Positions 36,967-51,800 of a stretch of DNA of 64,000 nt are shown here, in pieces; the first letter of the stretch is position 1; every line of letters begins with the position of its first letter. A program made the position numbers and the translations under genes. The notes beneath the pieces are model-generated. The model searched no databases. It was not told where the DNA came from and worked only from the letters and a program-made list of their open reading frames with translations. This DNA is from Chrysomallon squamiferum (Eukaryota > Animalia > Mollusca), in contig CM022670.1 in assembly GCA_012295275.1 (NCBI GenBank), positions 35,588,001 to 35,652,000 on the forward strand, read 5' to 3'.

Positions 36967-39636
36967 AAGTCAGACATTTTTATTAGCAATAAATCAGTGA
37001 ATTTTCTCTACCTGAAACTAAAAAGGAAAAATCTCAGCACCTTATGCTGACCAACATGAAAGTTAGTGAAATCACGTCTGACAAGTACGAACTTCAACAA
37101 AGGCGACATTTAGTTCAGTTATGACAAGTTGATATTTTGATTTTCACAACATCAAGAAGCAGTCGTGTATACACGATATATCAGTTAGTACATTTTTTTT
37201 TTTTATCTCATTTCTTCTTCAGTTTTCTCCTTTTATAGATGGATACAAGATTATAGATGGATAAAATTTGAAACCAAAGTTCAAATTAACAAGTATGAAT
37301 ATTTTTCATTTTAGTAAAAAAAAAAAAAAAAAAAAAACATTTTTTAAAAAATTTTGCGGGAATAAATTGAGTGTTATTTTTTTATTGTTTTTATGTTTTC
37401 TTTATGTTGGGTTTTGGGGGTTTTGGGGGGTTTTTCGGTGGGTTAAGGAGTGGTAAGTTTAGTTTTCTTTTTCTTTATTGCAGTTGGATGAGCAGAATTA
37501 AGCATTTTATTCTGAAATATATATATATATTATAATTTTTAGGGTGTATTTTGGGGTTTCTGTTTGGAGATTTGTGTTACTATTATTAAGATTTTGATTT
37601 TGAGGGTTTTGTTGTTGTTGTTATCTTAAGAAAATTATTTTCAACGCATTTGTCCTCCGTGACAGGATATAATAGTGATCTTTGTGTTAATGTAAAATCT
37701 TCGCTACAGTCATTCATTTCTGTAATGTTCAATAATTTGATTTCATTCTTTTTAAATCTCTAATAAATTAAAGCCTTTTTTTTTTTTTTTTAATCCTTAT
37801 TCAAAATCAGGTTGTGTGAAATGGTGTGTGTGAATGAATATGTGTTTAGGGCAGATCTCTTTTGTTGTTTTGTTTTTGGTTCTTTAGTTTTTTTAATTTT
37901 ATTGTTATTATTATAATTATATATATATTTATAGATAGATAGAGATAGAGATATAGATATAGAAATTTTAATTGTTATGTGCAGTTGGATTTGTTTGTAC
38001 TTTTTTTGTTATTTTTGTTGTTGTTGATTTTATTTTTATTTTTATTATTATTTTTTTTTTTTGTTGGGTCGGGGGGGACTACTATTCCATTTCTAAAAAA
38101 AATCCAGCATTTTTTTTAAATATATAGATAATAGGATTTTTCATAATTTCATTTTATTACTCAGAATCTAGAGGCAGACACATAAATACATACTTATAGA
38201 TATATACATAGATAGATCAACAGACAGACAAACAGACCGACTGATAATAAGGAAAAAGAAATTACATAATCCATATCACATTAACAACAAAAAAGATATT
38301 CTTTTAAGTTAAGGTTTGTAACAGAGTGATAAATGCTTTTAAAATAACAATAGAATGACAAATGTCTTTTTTTAATACTATCTTGGACTTCAATAAAAAG
38401 ATTTGTGAAAGCCCCATAAAACAATTGCATTACTGATTTATTTTATTATTGTATTTTATTCTTAATTTTTATTGTTGTTCTTTTTGCTCGAGGACTTTTT
38501 TATTTGAGGAGCTTGTTATTGATGTTTATTTTTAATTTTGGGGGGTTTTGAGGGGGTTTTTTTGGTTGGGGTTTTCAACTATTTTCATTAGTTTTACTTA
38601 ATTGTAGTTTCTTTTTGTTGTTTTGTTGTTGTTTTTCTATTTGACAGGTGAGATGGGTGTTCTGGAGAGATATGGAAGACAGGGTTATTTTTTTAACTAT
38701 TATGAATTTCTACTTCAGCAAATATTGTATTAATAATAAACCAAGCTAGCAAAATGAAGATCAGTCTAAATTTTCATCACAGATCAAATTAACCATTTTG
38801 TCTTTGATATATTTCTCTTTTTCATACCACTATCCTCTTTTTCAGTGTCAGAGGATATTTTGAACCTGATTATATGATTTCATTAATATTTCTTTGTTTG
38901 ACAGCATCAAAAATTAAGTAATATTTATGACTAAATGACATTTACAAATAACAAACATGCTAAATAAGTGTTTTAAAAATTATGGAAATGTTCTGGGATT
39001 TTTCCATTCACTATGGAAGTACAGTGACATAAATATCATATTCTATTCTCAAACACATAAGGTTACCATAACCTTGTTGATTTACTGACCATTTTCTAAT
39101 TAACAAAATAATTATGTTTAAATATATTTTATCAATTTTAAAGGAGCAAAAAAGGAGTTAAACAATATTTCAATATGTAGGTATTATTTATTAATAATTT
39201 AAAACATTCTGCTTCTAATCACATTAAAAATATTTCATCCATCATCAAAAGAAAACAGTCATTTCGAAATAGAAATTTGGAATTCAGTAATGTTTGGTCT
39301 GTTTAATTAGTTTTTGTTTTTTTCTTTGAAATGGCTAATAATAGGTTTAGGTCTTCAAGATACAGTTAGAATGTCAGTTTCTGCTTTTTATTATTACTGT
39401 TGTTGTTTTTTTAATTATTAACAAATCTGTATTCTGTATGCTAAAGAGGGAATAACACACATCCATATATAATCAAATCAACTTAAAGGTCATAGAGTTA
39501 ACAATTTAAACATTTTTATTTAAGATAGTAATTCAATAAGACAGCAATGAATATTAAAGCTGACTGTAGAGTTTTATACATCATAATCACAAAGTACAAG
39601 TGAATAAAATAAAAGTGAACAAAGTCTCTTAAGATT

Positions 39637-41006
39637 TTAGTGTGTGCTGTTCATGTCTTGGTAAAGAATTTGAAGAGCTTGCTTAAATTCCTGAAGCTCA
39701 GTTTCTATTTTACAAATCCTATCCAGACAAGCATACAGTTCTTGGATTCTGACCTGTATTTGATCACTCTTTTTGGTATACATTCGTAGCATCTCTTGTT
39801 CAACTGCATTACATATTCGATTTACCTTTGATACAGAAACATAACTTATGTGGATATTTTTAAATTAAATAATAAAGTATTATAAAGTATCCATGGATTG
39901 AGATGCATAGGATTTTGTATCAGATTAAATTAAGGAAGTCCAAAACTATTTTATTACATATTAAAATTTCTCCATATTCTCTATAATATCTGAATATAAT
40001 GTCTGTGTTTTAAATTACTTTTCTGTTATACTGATATTTGTATTTGTAACACACATTTAGCAAATTATTTGATTTGATTTAATAGTTTTTATTTTGATAA
40101 TTAAACCAAATAAATTTTCATATTTCTGAAACTTTTACCTCTGTTTCCAAGGACTTTCTGAAATCTGCTAGAAGCTGGTTATCTTGTCTTCGTTTGGAAT
40201 TAAGATCTTCAATAATCTGTTGAGCTGCTGCATTCAGCTGTTCTCTGTCTGTCGTATTAACTTTGTTAAGTTTTAGTGATAACTGTTCTGCAGTCCTTAA
40301 AGTTTCCTGAGTTTGTGTATCAAGATTTGGCCCTGTATCACTGCAACAATGTTGGTGATTATTTTCAGTAATGACTCTATTTTAAAATTAACTGTAAATT
40401 AGTATAAATTAACTCTATTTTAATTTAACTTTTCAGTAAAAACTTTTTAAAAAATTTCTAGTTTAATGGAGGACTGTTTCCAAAATTAAACTGGCTGTTT
40501 TAGAAGTTTAATGTCATAAAATACAATGTCTCAAAAAAACCTGAAATTTAAATAATTGAACATCCATTACTAAATGTGTGAATATGTTTATCTGCAAAGG
40601 TTTACATTCATCTGTGTAAAATGATTGTTTATAACCTTCAAAATTACATGAAAAAATACTGACAAATACAAACATAATTTTTGTTTTTCATTTTATAAAA
40701 TAATGTTAAAATGTACTTTTTAAAGAATTACACCATAAAAATAACAAATATATAAGATTAAATGCAACAAGTATTTTTCTGCACTTATGTTATAAGACAA
40801 AATTACTTTTCTTTTTTTTTTTTTTTTAATAGAACATTTTTAAATATACCATACCCTCCAGCACCCTTTCCCTCAAAATTTTCAGTTTTGTCAGATACAT
40901 AACTGGTACTTGCAGCTTGTTTGGCTTCCTCGTGATTGTCAGTGTCATGCTCTTCAAATTTTGAAGATTCCTTATTTTCCAAATTTTCTAAATCTGCTGT
41001 ATCCAT
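39637..41006 (-). CDS. SYCE2: Synaptonemal complex central element protein 2; exons 40855-41006, 40139-40340, 39637-39825
   Basis: The spliced core AQQIIEDLNSKRRQDNQLLADFRKSLETEVNRICNAVEQEMLRMY...KIETELQEFKQALQILYQDM matches, from memory, the SYCE2 coiled-coil core (AQELIENINKSRQKDHALMTNFRNSL...LETELKQV...VYKDL). A poly(A) signal lies near 39515. Confidence 0.8.
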
Positions 41007-42423
41007 TTTTCAGGTCACCTAAAAATAACATTATTTTTGTCGAGGTATTTATTTATATAATAATAATAATAATAAACTGCAGAGATCAATGGATTTTTCA
41101 AGAATTAATCATGAAAATAATAAGCAATTACTGATTATCGATCGCTAATGTGTTGCAGGCCAGGAATTAATATTAGCTTTTTTTACAGTGAACAGTCTTC
41201 TGTAAGAAAAATATAATAGTTACAATAAAAATTACTAATAACAAATTGAAAGAAAAATGCACTAAATTCAAATAATATGTACAGAGAAACTTTACAAGTT
41301 TACATAATGATTCCACACAAATTTTCGTCTGCTTTCCATATGCATTCAACTAGAGTTATTGGCCTTGCTGTATTGAAAATATATTGTATTCTGTTAAGCA
41401 GACCAGAAATTATACTGGGGACAAGACATGTTATTATTTTTTTTTTTTTTTTTTTGTGTGTTTGTATCAAGAGCAGTCAAGCTCCATTCACTGGGCACAG
41501 CTTCACCCCTCCAAACCCTCTGAATACGCGTGTGTGTAATTTTATTATCCACTTCATTTACAGTGCCCCAAAAACCATGCTTAAAAAGCATAAACTAAAA
41601 CATCTTTTTAATACTGAGAAAATGAAAGCTTTTTTCTGTTTTTATTTATTTACTTATTATTATTTTTATAAGCCAATTTAATACGTTTCATCTTGTGAAT
41701 CAACTGAACAAAAATATTCACTAAGCGATAAATGTTTTTATTTTTGTTTGTTTTTTAAATAGTTTGGTTTTGATTAAACTTTTCACTGTTGATGCCGATA
41801 TATTTGGGGCTTCATTATACAGTTACAGCAATTGTTTCACTATCGGGAATTTGTTTTTGTTGTTGTTTGTTTGTGGGTTTTTATTTTTTTATATATAGGC
41901 CGATATATCAACCATTTTAAAATGTATTTTGGGGGGTTTTGTTGTTGTTTGATTTTTATATTATTATTTTTTTTTTTATTATTGATTGATTTATTTATTA
42001 TTATTGTGATTTTTTTTAATAGCCTTTCATTTAATTCAGTGATTATGTTAGATATGTAAATTTTTGTATCTCAGATTTATCCATCTATCAGGGGAAATAA
42101 AGTTTACAACCTTACAACTGTATATACTATATTTATCCTGGGTTTTGCTCATTTTTGTGAATGTTTCACTGAAGTGTAGCTTGTTGGTGGCCTATTTAGT
42201 TACATGCGTGATGAACAATTATTTACCTTTTCTTTCTTTTAGAATAAATAATCAATGACTGCATAATGAGCTAGTTTTAAATTCATTTTTCAAGATATTA
42301 TGACAAAAAGCGAGCACGAGGTTCATAAAAATGCATTGAAACTTTTGGTAGCTAATTATACCAGCCAGAAGGCTAGATTATCGGAGCGTGACCAAGACTG
42401 GCTTCTTTCATTCTGTAACGAAG

Positions 42424-43572
42424 ATGGCTGGGGTTGTTCTAGAAAATCTTAGCAACAGAAAGTTAATTATTCTTTCGGTTTCTGAATTCTTAATTATCGT
42501 GGCATTTTTCATGATTGGTGGATTCATTGGTGAGTTAATGTTTACTATCCTTTTTTTGTTCATTTTTTCTTTGTGTATCCATTATGTACCTGTTTCCGTT
42601 TTGTTAAACATACCGAAGGTGTGTTTAAAACCCATCATTATTGATATTGATATTATCGTTCCATTGTTGTCCTCGCTTTTATTCCCAAAAGTCATTACAG
42701 TAAAATTTGGTTTAAGTACTATTGTCCTCAGTTACAATTTATTTTCATTTTATAATCACTCGTATGACATAATGATAAACACATGTAAACGTTGTAATGT
42801 ATAATTTGCAAGTTCTATAATAACCGTAAATTTGTTGTGAATTATTATTATGACATCCGTTCGTAATAAACTTTTGTAATATTACACACACGTACAAACG
42901 TACTTTAATAAAGATATTTTATTACATGTAGCCATTTTTTTTTTTTTTTTTTTTTTGTAATTATTTAAAATATATTTCTGCTTCAGTTACAAAATATAAA
43001 AGAGAAAAATTATTCTCCTATTAGAGAAACATACATATATATAGCAGAAATAATGAAAACAGATGAAACAAAAAGCTTAACATTCAGGAATGTCTGGAAT
43101 TTTCGTTTATTGAAAATACTAATGTAATACAATGTACAGTCAGCAAATCAGTTATAAATGGTTTAAGATGCTGCTGCTGCTGCTTCTTCTGCTGTGCATA
43201 TTGAATCTTGTTATAATTTATGCAAAACATATAATAATTTATATCATTTTTTTTAGCACCATCACCAGCTAATGTCCAGTCAACTCTGGCAGTAAAATGT
43301 ATTGATAACAAACCAGTTCATGACGATGAATTTTTTATTCCTCGTGGCAAAAATCCATGCAAGTCTGTGGATACATTTAATGACCCAGAAATCAATGATA
43401 ATCACATAGAAGCAGACCAGGTTGTATTTTCACAGTGGATTCCTCTACCCAAGGGTGGTGTACAGCTTGAAATGTCACGATGGTTTCAGCATGTTATCAG
43501 TGTCTTACAGATTGACATCAAACGCAATCCTAATCAACCAATTGGTCAGTATTATCACTTTATAATATACAG

Positions 43573-43609
<37 letters not shown>

Positions 43610-44099
43610 TTTTTGAAACTCTACTGCATTCGTATATTTCTCTACACCAGCATATTTATAATACAGATTTTATACAGTTTCCAGAATTAGCCATTACTTT
43701 GACATAAAAGTTATAGACCACCTACTAAATATTTTTTGATCTTATTTTTTAATTTTTTAAATGATAATAATGATAACAATTAATGTCATGCAGTCATTAT
43801 TTACTTGAATAACTCATGTTTAGGTAAAAATCCCCTATATCGTTACATTTAATGTTACAATCATTTATTTTTATACATTTCTAATTAACTGTATTATTTA
43901 TAATTTAGGTAAAAATCCTGTGCTGACTCTAGATGTGAGACTTGGATATAGCAATAAAAATGACAGTGACTGGTATGAACTTGCCAGAGCAAAAGAAGAA
44001 CGTCCACTGAATTGCTATGGTGATGAGGATGCTGTATGTAACTGTTTTTTAAATACATATTTATTTGTATATTAATTTATTTTTTTAATAATTAATTTA

Positions 44100-44167
<68 letters not shown>

Positions 44168-47100
44168 CATTATTATTATTATTATTATGAATTGATAAAC
44201 TGATCAGAGTAAACGTGTACAATGGATATATACTACATTGAGGCTAATGAGGCAAAATGCCTCATACCAAAATTGACAGGTTTATTTTATATATATTTTT
44301 TTATTATATTTTACTTTAAAAATATAAAATATAAATCTCTATTTCGATAGAAACGATATCCACTTAATGAATTTGTTTTTGTCTTTGGTTACTGTTTGAA
44401 GACAACTGACATCATTGCAATGAAAGACATAACTGACTCGGCGATTAAATGTTTTTGCCTCATTTCAGAAAGAGTCCAGTTACGGCCATGGTGGTTTATT
44501 ACTTTTATACAACTACATATTTCATGTAAATGAATTGAATCTCCATTCATATATTTTTTCATAAACATTTATCATCACCGATCTCACTTTATTAATTTTT
44601 CAGTCAGTATTTGTATTTTCCGTTCTGCTAAGTAAATAATTAAGTTAATGATTTTTTTTTTTTTTTTTTTAATAATGATGTAAATTTTGATTTTCTGATC
44701 TTTAAAGCTTATTTCACTTATTTATTTCTTACTTTCAAGGAACATGAAGGTGAATATTATCACTGTGAGCCAATTCCCTTCTTTGAACTGGGCAGCTGTC
44801 ATTACCATTACTATGTTGTCAACATCAGAATACCAACTAAAAGAGGTGCCAATGTCAATGTTGGAAAAATAGACGATGTTCATATAATTGTAAGCAGCAA
44901 AATTCTATTTCAGAAATAAATATTACATCTTTAGTTTAAATACATAACTGCATCTTATAATTTAGTTTTCTAATGCTGCTTTTGACAGCTGTTTGGAATA
45001 TATATATTTTAAAAAAGAACATACAAAATGACAGAAAGAAAACTTTTCTTTTGTTTCAAAATATGAATGAAAAACATATTATTTTTTTTAAATTGTTTCT
45101 TTTGAAGTATGTAAACTAAAAAATAATTTCTTTGTTATTTTATAGAAATACATGTCTATGATGAATCCCAGCAGTTTGAATAATATGTATATATTGATTT
45201 GGGTTGAAGAGGTTCATGAAATGGGATTTTGTAATACTATAAAAAACCAAAAATAACCATTTGTCATAAAAATAAAACCAGTACTAATTTTTTAAGTTTC
45301 CTTGAAGTTTGAATTCTGTAACATAAAAAAATAATGATTTTGTATTTTTTCGTCACTTGTCCTTAACATATAATTCAAAATAATAATAATAATAATAATT
45401 TGTCTTACTGATATTTATCAGGCTATTCACCAAAATGGAGGTTTCACAAGAGTTTGGTTTTCTATCAAGACTGTCCTTTTTCCATGTCTTCTTGCTGTGC
45501 TTATTTGGTTTTGGAGACGAATCCAGTTGCTTAGTCGTCTGCCAAATCTTCTCGAAAGGTCTGAACCTATAAACACTTTTTTTAATTATTATTATTATTG
45601 TTATTTGTATTTATATTTGAAATATTATTTTGTTCATAATTTTTTTTTTTTTTTGAAACTTGCATATATTTCAGAATGTTGCTTATTAACTTATTAACTT
45701 ATAAAATCTAAATCAGTAGATGATTATATTTTAATTTCTTTGTTGAATTCTTTCTCGTTAGAATAGTTCAGTGGAGGAGGGGGGTTTTGTTTTATTTTTT
45801 ATGTTTTTTTAAAAGATCTGTTTATTCAAACTTCTGAAATTCTTAATGAAGTAATAATGTTTCAGTGGATTAAATTTTGTAAACAAATGTGTTCTTGAAT
45901 TGCATGAATTAAGTTAAATCTAGACTTCACTAATTTTTTTCAGAACTCTTTTTGCCCTAGGAATTGTCCTCAGCATTTTGAACTGTGAGTATTTGATAAA
46001 ACACCTTTTTAAATCCCTATTTGTTTTATTTTTTTTTTATTTTTAAAAACTGATTTGTGTTTTGTTTTTCATTTTTTTCATTCAGCATCCCTGATGTTAC
46101 AAAGTTAATCAAGTAAATTTCACTTAAAAACTAAAGCTAATAATGCAGTATATCCAACAGAAAAATTTCTGATTGGAATTGATTTCTGTTAAGATATTTT
46201 TTTTGAAACTGACAACATCTTGGCATAGAATATGAATAAGAGGGAAATGCTGTTTAATATCTTAATGGTTAATTTTGCATTGCAGGTCCATTAGAGTGGC
46301 TGACACTGTTTTTTGATATGCCCTACATGATGATGATTGGAGACATAAGGCAGGGAGCTTTCTATGCCATGTTACTCTCTTTCTGGATTATATTTGCTGG
46401 AGAGCATATGATGGTAGGTACAAAAGTGCCCCATAATCTAAAAGCATTAACTTATTCAGTTAACAATATGATCTTTATTTAATTTATTAAAATGTTAATA
46501 TATTTATATTTACTTATATTTTTAAACATACATGAAAGATAATTGATTTTTAGCTGTATTAATTGGATTCATTCCTGGGTTTTTTTGGTGTTTGATACAT
46601 GAATATTTTTGATATAACAGAAATTGATATATAATAGTTTTACTGGCTTTCACTTTAAGGACCAGGTAGAAAGAAACAAACTGGTAATGTACTGGAAGCA
46701 TCTTGGAGCTGTGGTGTTTGGTTGTCTCTGCCTCCTTGTCTTTGAGATCTGTGAAAGGTATGTTACTTAACAGTGCTCGCATGTCTCTTCTTTTTTTCTT
46801 TTCTGTTTTTATGCAAGAGAAATTTATATATTTAAAACAGAAATTTTATTTTTCAATTATTAATACTTTTAATAAAATTTATGATTGAATTACATTTTAA
46901 ATACGTTATTTTGTGAATCTTATTTGGCTTGTGTGTCTTTTTTCAGAGGAGTAAAGCTATCAAATCCATTCTACAGCATCTGGGTGACTGAAACAGGAAG
47001 GCATTTGGCTGTATCCTTTGGATTTTCAATTGATGTTGATAATATTTAGTTTAATTGTAATGCATAACATAAAAAAAAAAAAGAAGAAGATAAAAAAATA

Positions 47101-48868
47101 TTTCTAACATATTTCAATCCTAAAAAAAAATGTTATTTAATTCTGTGTATCGTTCCCATTGTTTTCATTGTCACAGTCCTTTTATAAGTATAAAAATTAC
47201 ATCCCTTGATTATTAGATACCATTATTTTCCATTATTATAACTGAGTATGGTAAAATGCTAACTGATGGGAATATCCTACATCTTCTCCTATAACCATTA
47301 ATTAACATCTAATAACAAATATAATATCCCTATAATGTGTTATAAACAAGCATGTTCTCATTTATTTTTACTTAACCATAATTCAGCTGGCCTTTATCAT
47401 TCTTGCTGGTATTGCAGCCTGTACCTACTTCATCTTCCTATGTTACATGATTTACAAAGTTTTCAAAAACATCAGCAGCAGAAGTTCAGCTCTACCCCAG
47501 ATGAGCAAAGTTCGCAGAAAATTCTACAAGGTTTATTTTATTTTTGTATAATATTGAGTCTTTTAGATCTGTTCATTTCATTTCATCATATTCTGACTTC
47601 TCTCTACTCAGTATACTGCAGTTTATTTGTTTCAACATACACACACACACATCAGTATCAAAATCTCTCAAAGGGAGATTGCAAATAATAATATTCTTAT
47701 CTATTTTGATATATAACAAGACAGAAATTTACATCTTCTTATAAAATGATAATTGCTCATAAAATATTTTACAGGATAATTAAAGCCTTATATTAACATG
47801 CTAATAATCATACTGCAGTCTTTACTTTTAACCTATTGATATAACAAATATAATTCTATTTTTGATCACAATACAATATTAATATGTTTATTCTCAGGGT
47901 CTGATCTTCCGATTCAAATTCCTCATGCTGACCACCCTCCTGTTTGCTGCCCTGACAGTGATCTTTTTCATCATTAGTCAGATCAGCGAGGGTCGCTGGA
48001 AGTGGCTGGACGAGGGGATCAGTCTGGAGTACTCCAGTGCTTTCCTCACAGGTCAGTGTATTTGTCCAACACTTTAAATAAATCAATAGAAGATGTGAAG
48101 GACTTGTTATTATTTTTAAAAATAAAGTGAGTAGAAAAACTGTAAAAATTAACATCATCTGTTGGACTATTACTGTTTGTTTTAATGAGGCATAAATGAT
48201 TTAACCAATATTTTTGTTGGTGGTGGTGGTGATGTTGGTGTTTTCTTTTTAAAGAAAATTTCAGTATTTCCTGTTCATGACAGTTATTTTTATTTATTTT
48301 CAGATTGACAACAAATAAAAATTATGATTTTAGTATAGTTAGTGATTTGTTATTTACTGTTTATTTACACACTTGTTTAGTTCTCATTTTAAATTTCTAC
48401 TTTACAGGGTGTATGGAATTTGGAATGTCTATGTCATTGCTCTGCTGTCCCTCTATGCTCCATCACACAAGACTGTTGCTGATACTGGTAAGTATAATTT
48501 AAGTTTTGAATATTATATATACATATATATATATATAGTTATTATGATATGAAGGATTTAATACAAGGCTGAATGTCGCTTATGTTTTGGATCTTGGATT
48601 GTAGGAAGACAGCATGAGAACAGAAGCTCAGTCTTTCAATTTTCAAAATTTTGGATAAAAGTCTTCATCTGCTATACAGTATTATCACCATTCAAGAATA
48701 TTCCACTGAATTATCTCTATAATTTATTTTGTGTGATAATGGGCAACTGATCTTATTATTGTTTCAGACTCTCCAAACACAAGTCAAGAAGAAGAAGTAC
48801 AATTGACAACAATTCCATCAGAAGGTTCAGCGATGACATCATATGTCACCAAAGCTGCAGCTGATTAA
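42424..48868 (+). CDS. WLS: Wntless (Wls/Evi/GPR177); exons 42424-42529, 43257-43544, 43909-44033, 44740-44889, 45422-45558, 45944-45984, 46286-46413, 46660-46757, 46947-47010, 47387-47530, 47898-48051, 48408-48487, 48768-48868
   Basis: Diagnostic peptides [70 protein letters not shown] and VYGIWNVYV...LYAPSHK. Confidence 0.95.
47011..47386 (+). other. U12-type (minor spliceosome) GT-AG intron in Wntless
   Basis: 5' splice site GTATCCTTT. Branch-point-like TTTACTTAAC ends at 47376, about 10 nt before the AG, with no polypyrimidine tract. The flanking exons join in frame. Confidence 0.85.
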
Positions 48869-51800
48869 ATGATGACAGTTCAACCAGAGATTTCAGAGGT
48901 GATATGAGCAAAGCTATGTCTAACAGCAGAAAAATATCCAACAGTTACTTTCAGATAGTGCTGTTGACAAAAACATAAACTTAGTCATAAATGTAGTAGT
49001 TTATTGCTTCGTGTTTGTTAGCAATGCTGTTGTCTGCAAAGATCATTACTGTTTCTAGAATCCACAAACGCATTCAAAAGATGGATGCATTGCAGTATTG
49101 TTTTAGCAGCATGTTATAATACACAAACAGCTACATGCTTGAAACAAGGTTCACAATTAAATCAAATATACCTTACTACAGTAATGCAATATTTTCCACT
49201 TATTTTTAGTTTTTTCTTTAATTAATTATGTATCACTTTTATAATTTTTTTAATTTATATTTATTTTTATTTTTATTTTTATTTTTTTTTATACATTAAA
49301 AGTGATAATGTTCTGCTGGTCAGACTTCTGTTGTTGTTTCAGAAATCAAAACTCATTATAAGTGTGTCATAATTTGAAACCACAAAGGCTTCCCTGGTTT
49401 TATTTATATGATTGATAATTCTTTGGATCGATATATATTTAATCCTGAATAAAATTTATTTATAAAATTTATGTTTTTAATTTTAATTTTTTAATTTTAA
49501 TTCTTTTTTTAAATACATATTTTGCCATTTTGAATATTGAATATATGTTTTCTGTTATTAATAATAATAGCTTTTATAAAATATTTACACTGTAATATGA
49601 ATTTTAAAGATTGTTTTAACGTGGTTAAAAATGTTGTTTTATAAGGTTGTGGTAGATTATTGTGATCTAAACTTCTTTTTGTCAGTTTATAGTAAGTGTA
49701 TTTAGTTCTTGAAAAAGTCAGTGTTTATGTTGTCTGGCTTTATTTCTGTTGTTTTTTCCTATTGTCATAAGCAATATGTTAAATGTTACCACCATTTTTA
49801 CATTTATTTTCAAAGCTTATAATTACACCATGTTCATTTTCAATCGTTTCTAATTGTTAATAATAGTTTTGGACTAGATAGCTGTTGCCATTATACTGTT
49901 TCAAAATTGTAAGTCTTGAAATTTAATATCACTGATTAAGAGGAAATATCAAATTATATTTTAAAACAATTGAGAATTTTTTCTTCCTTAAATATTTGCT
50001 GTACTAGCAAAGTAAAAGTTCTATGCTGATTTATTTAAATAAATTAAAATAGAAAAATAGAAAGTAAACTGAAATTTTGGTCAAGTATTTTAAAATAATC
50101 ATTTTGCTGTCATAATCTGAAAAATATATATATATATATTTTTTTTTTTAAGCAGTAAAACAAATAGTCACTGTAACTGATAGTTCACTTATTACTTATT
50201 TTCAAATATCGCATCTTTTTGGGAACTAATAAAGTTAATTTATATGTATATCAAATCCAGTTTATAATATTGTTAATTCTTTTTCAGAATGAATTTATAA
50301 TGTATTTACCCTACTGTGTTGAACTGTCTTCCTTACTTACTGTTGTATATATTTTGTTTCACACAGATCTGCAGTTTGTTTTGCAACAGGAATTGTATTT
50401 ATATTCTGTGAAGTTTATGATGTCTGCAATTAAATATTTGTGTAATGTTTATAGAATTTTTACATTTATAGACCAAATAGTTTTTTATTGTTACCATATA
50501 CTCTTAAAGCATGTTTATACAGCTTTTGTGAAATACATACATTATTTTAAGCAATGTTTTAGTCAATAAAATAATTGTTCTGAAAATGTCTTTATGATTT
50601 TTTACAACTGAACATTTTTCATGAATATTTCTCATGCATTGAAGTACAATCTTTATTAACCAAATTTTTTAAATGTAACAATGCTTTTAAATATGTATAT
50701 ATAGTACATAGTGTTCTTAAATTAAAATGGCAGCCTTAGGAACTTACTGGATACAAAATATCACTCAAATGTTGGTTTCTTTTGTTGTTTTTTAAAAGTT
50801 TACTGCACAGCTGTCAGTGACTGTCAGTATATTTAACATAAATTTATTAGAACTTTGTCAAATTACTGTAACATAACCAATTAATTAAACTTCAGAGACA
50901 CATTGTATGAAAATGTAAGACGATAATTACACAATACTTCTTGAGGAAAGACAATAAGCAATCTTCTTGGCTCTGTTTGTAAATAAAACACTTGGTGAAA
51001 TTTGTGATGTATACAAATTAAAGTAAAACAAAGTACATAATCATAAAAAGTAGCTTTTTCTAGTTTCCAAATTTTAGGATTACAGACTGTGGGTCTGAGT
51101 TTAAAAGTTAAATCTAAATTATTAAGATCTGTTACATACTGAACAAGCAACATGTTTTAATAGTTAAAACTGGTAGGTGTTGGATTTACAAAAATATCCT
51201 GAATTCAGAAGTATTTTCTTTATTGTGAATACAGTTTGCAGAATGTACCTTGTTGTGTCATTTCCACAAATCATCCTCACGTTTGCTTTCTCAAATTTAA
51301 TCAAAAAAAAAACATTTTATAAAAAAAATTATCCAGCTTTATTCCAGAAAAGTCAGACAGTTCCTTTTGTAAAATTTAGAATAAACAGGAATTAAAATAT
51401 TTTTTGGCAGCTAATTTCTCAACAAATCCTTTTTAACATTTCATTTGGGTGTTTTTTTTTTTCATTATACTTTTAATCATTAACATTAACAAAATAAGTT
51501 AGCAGATAATAAAAATAATTTGGTCTGATAAAAAACTAGATGAGTAAAATACAGTAATAGTTTTATTCTAATTATATCTGATTAAATAAGCATAATGAGC
51601 CAGTTTTTCAAACAAAATAAAAAGTAAAATGAAGACACACAAATGTGTTACTTGGTTCTGCTACTCAGAAGATTATTACATACATAGACAACATGGTGGC
51701 CAAATTAACATATCCTTTCCTAGACAGATAAAACTCATCAATGTTTTCAATCTGTTGTCTAATACAGTATGTGAAAGCTACAAATTCACTGAAAAAAATA

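Noticed and set aside
43815-43835. Second TTTAGGTAAAAATCC acceptor-like copy upstream of Wntless exon 3
   Set aside because: Short local duplication; what follows does not continue the Wntless protein, and there is no evidence of use.
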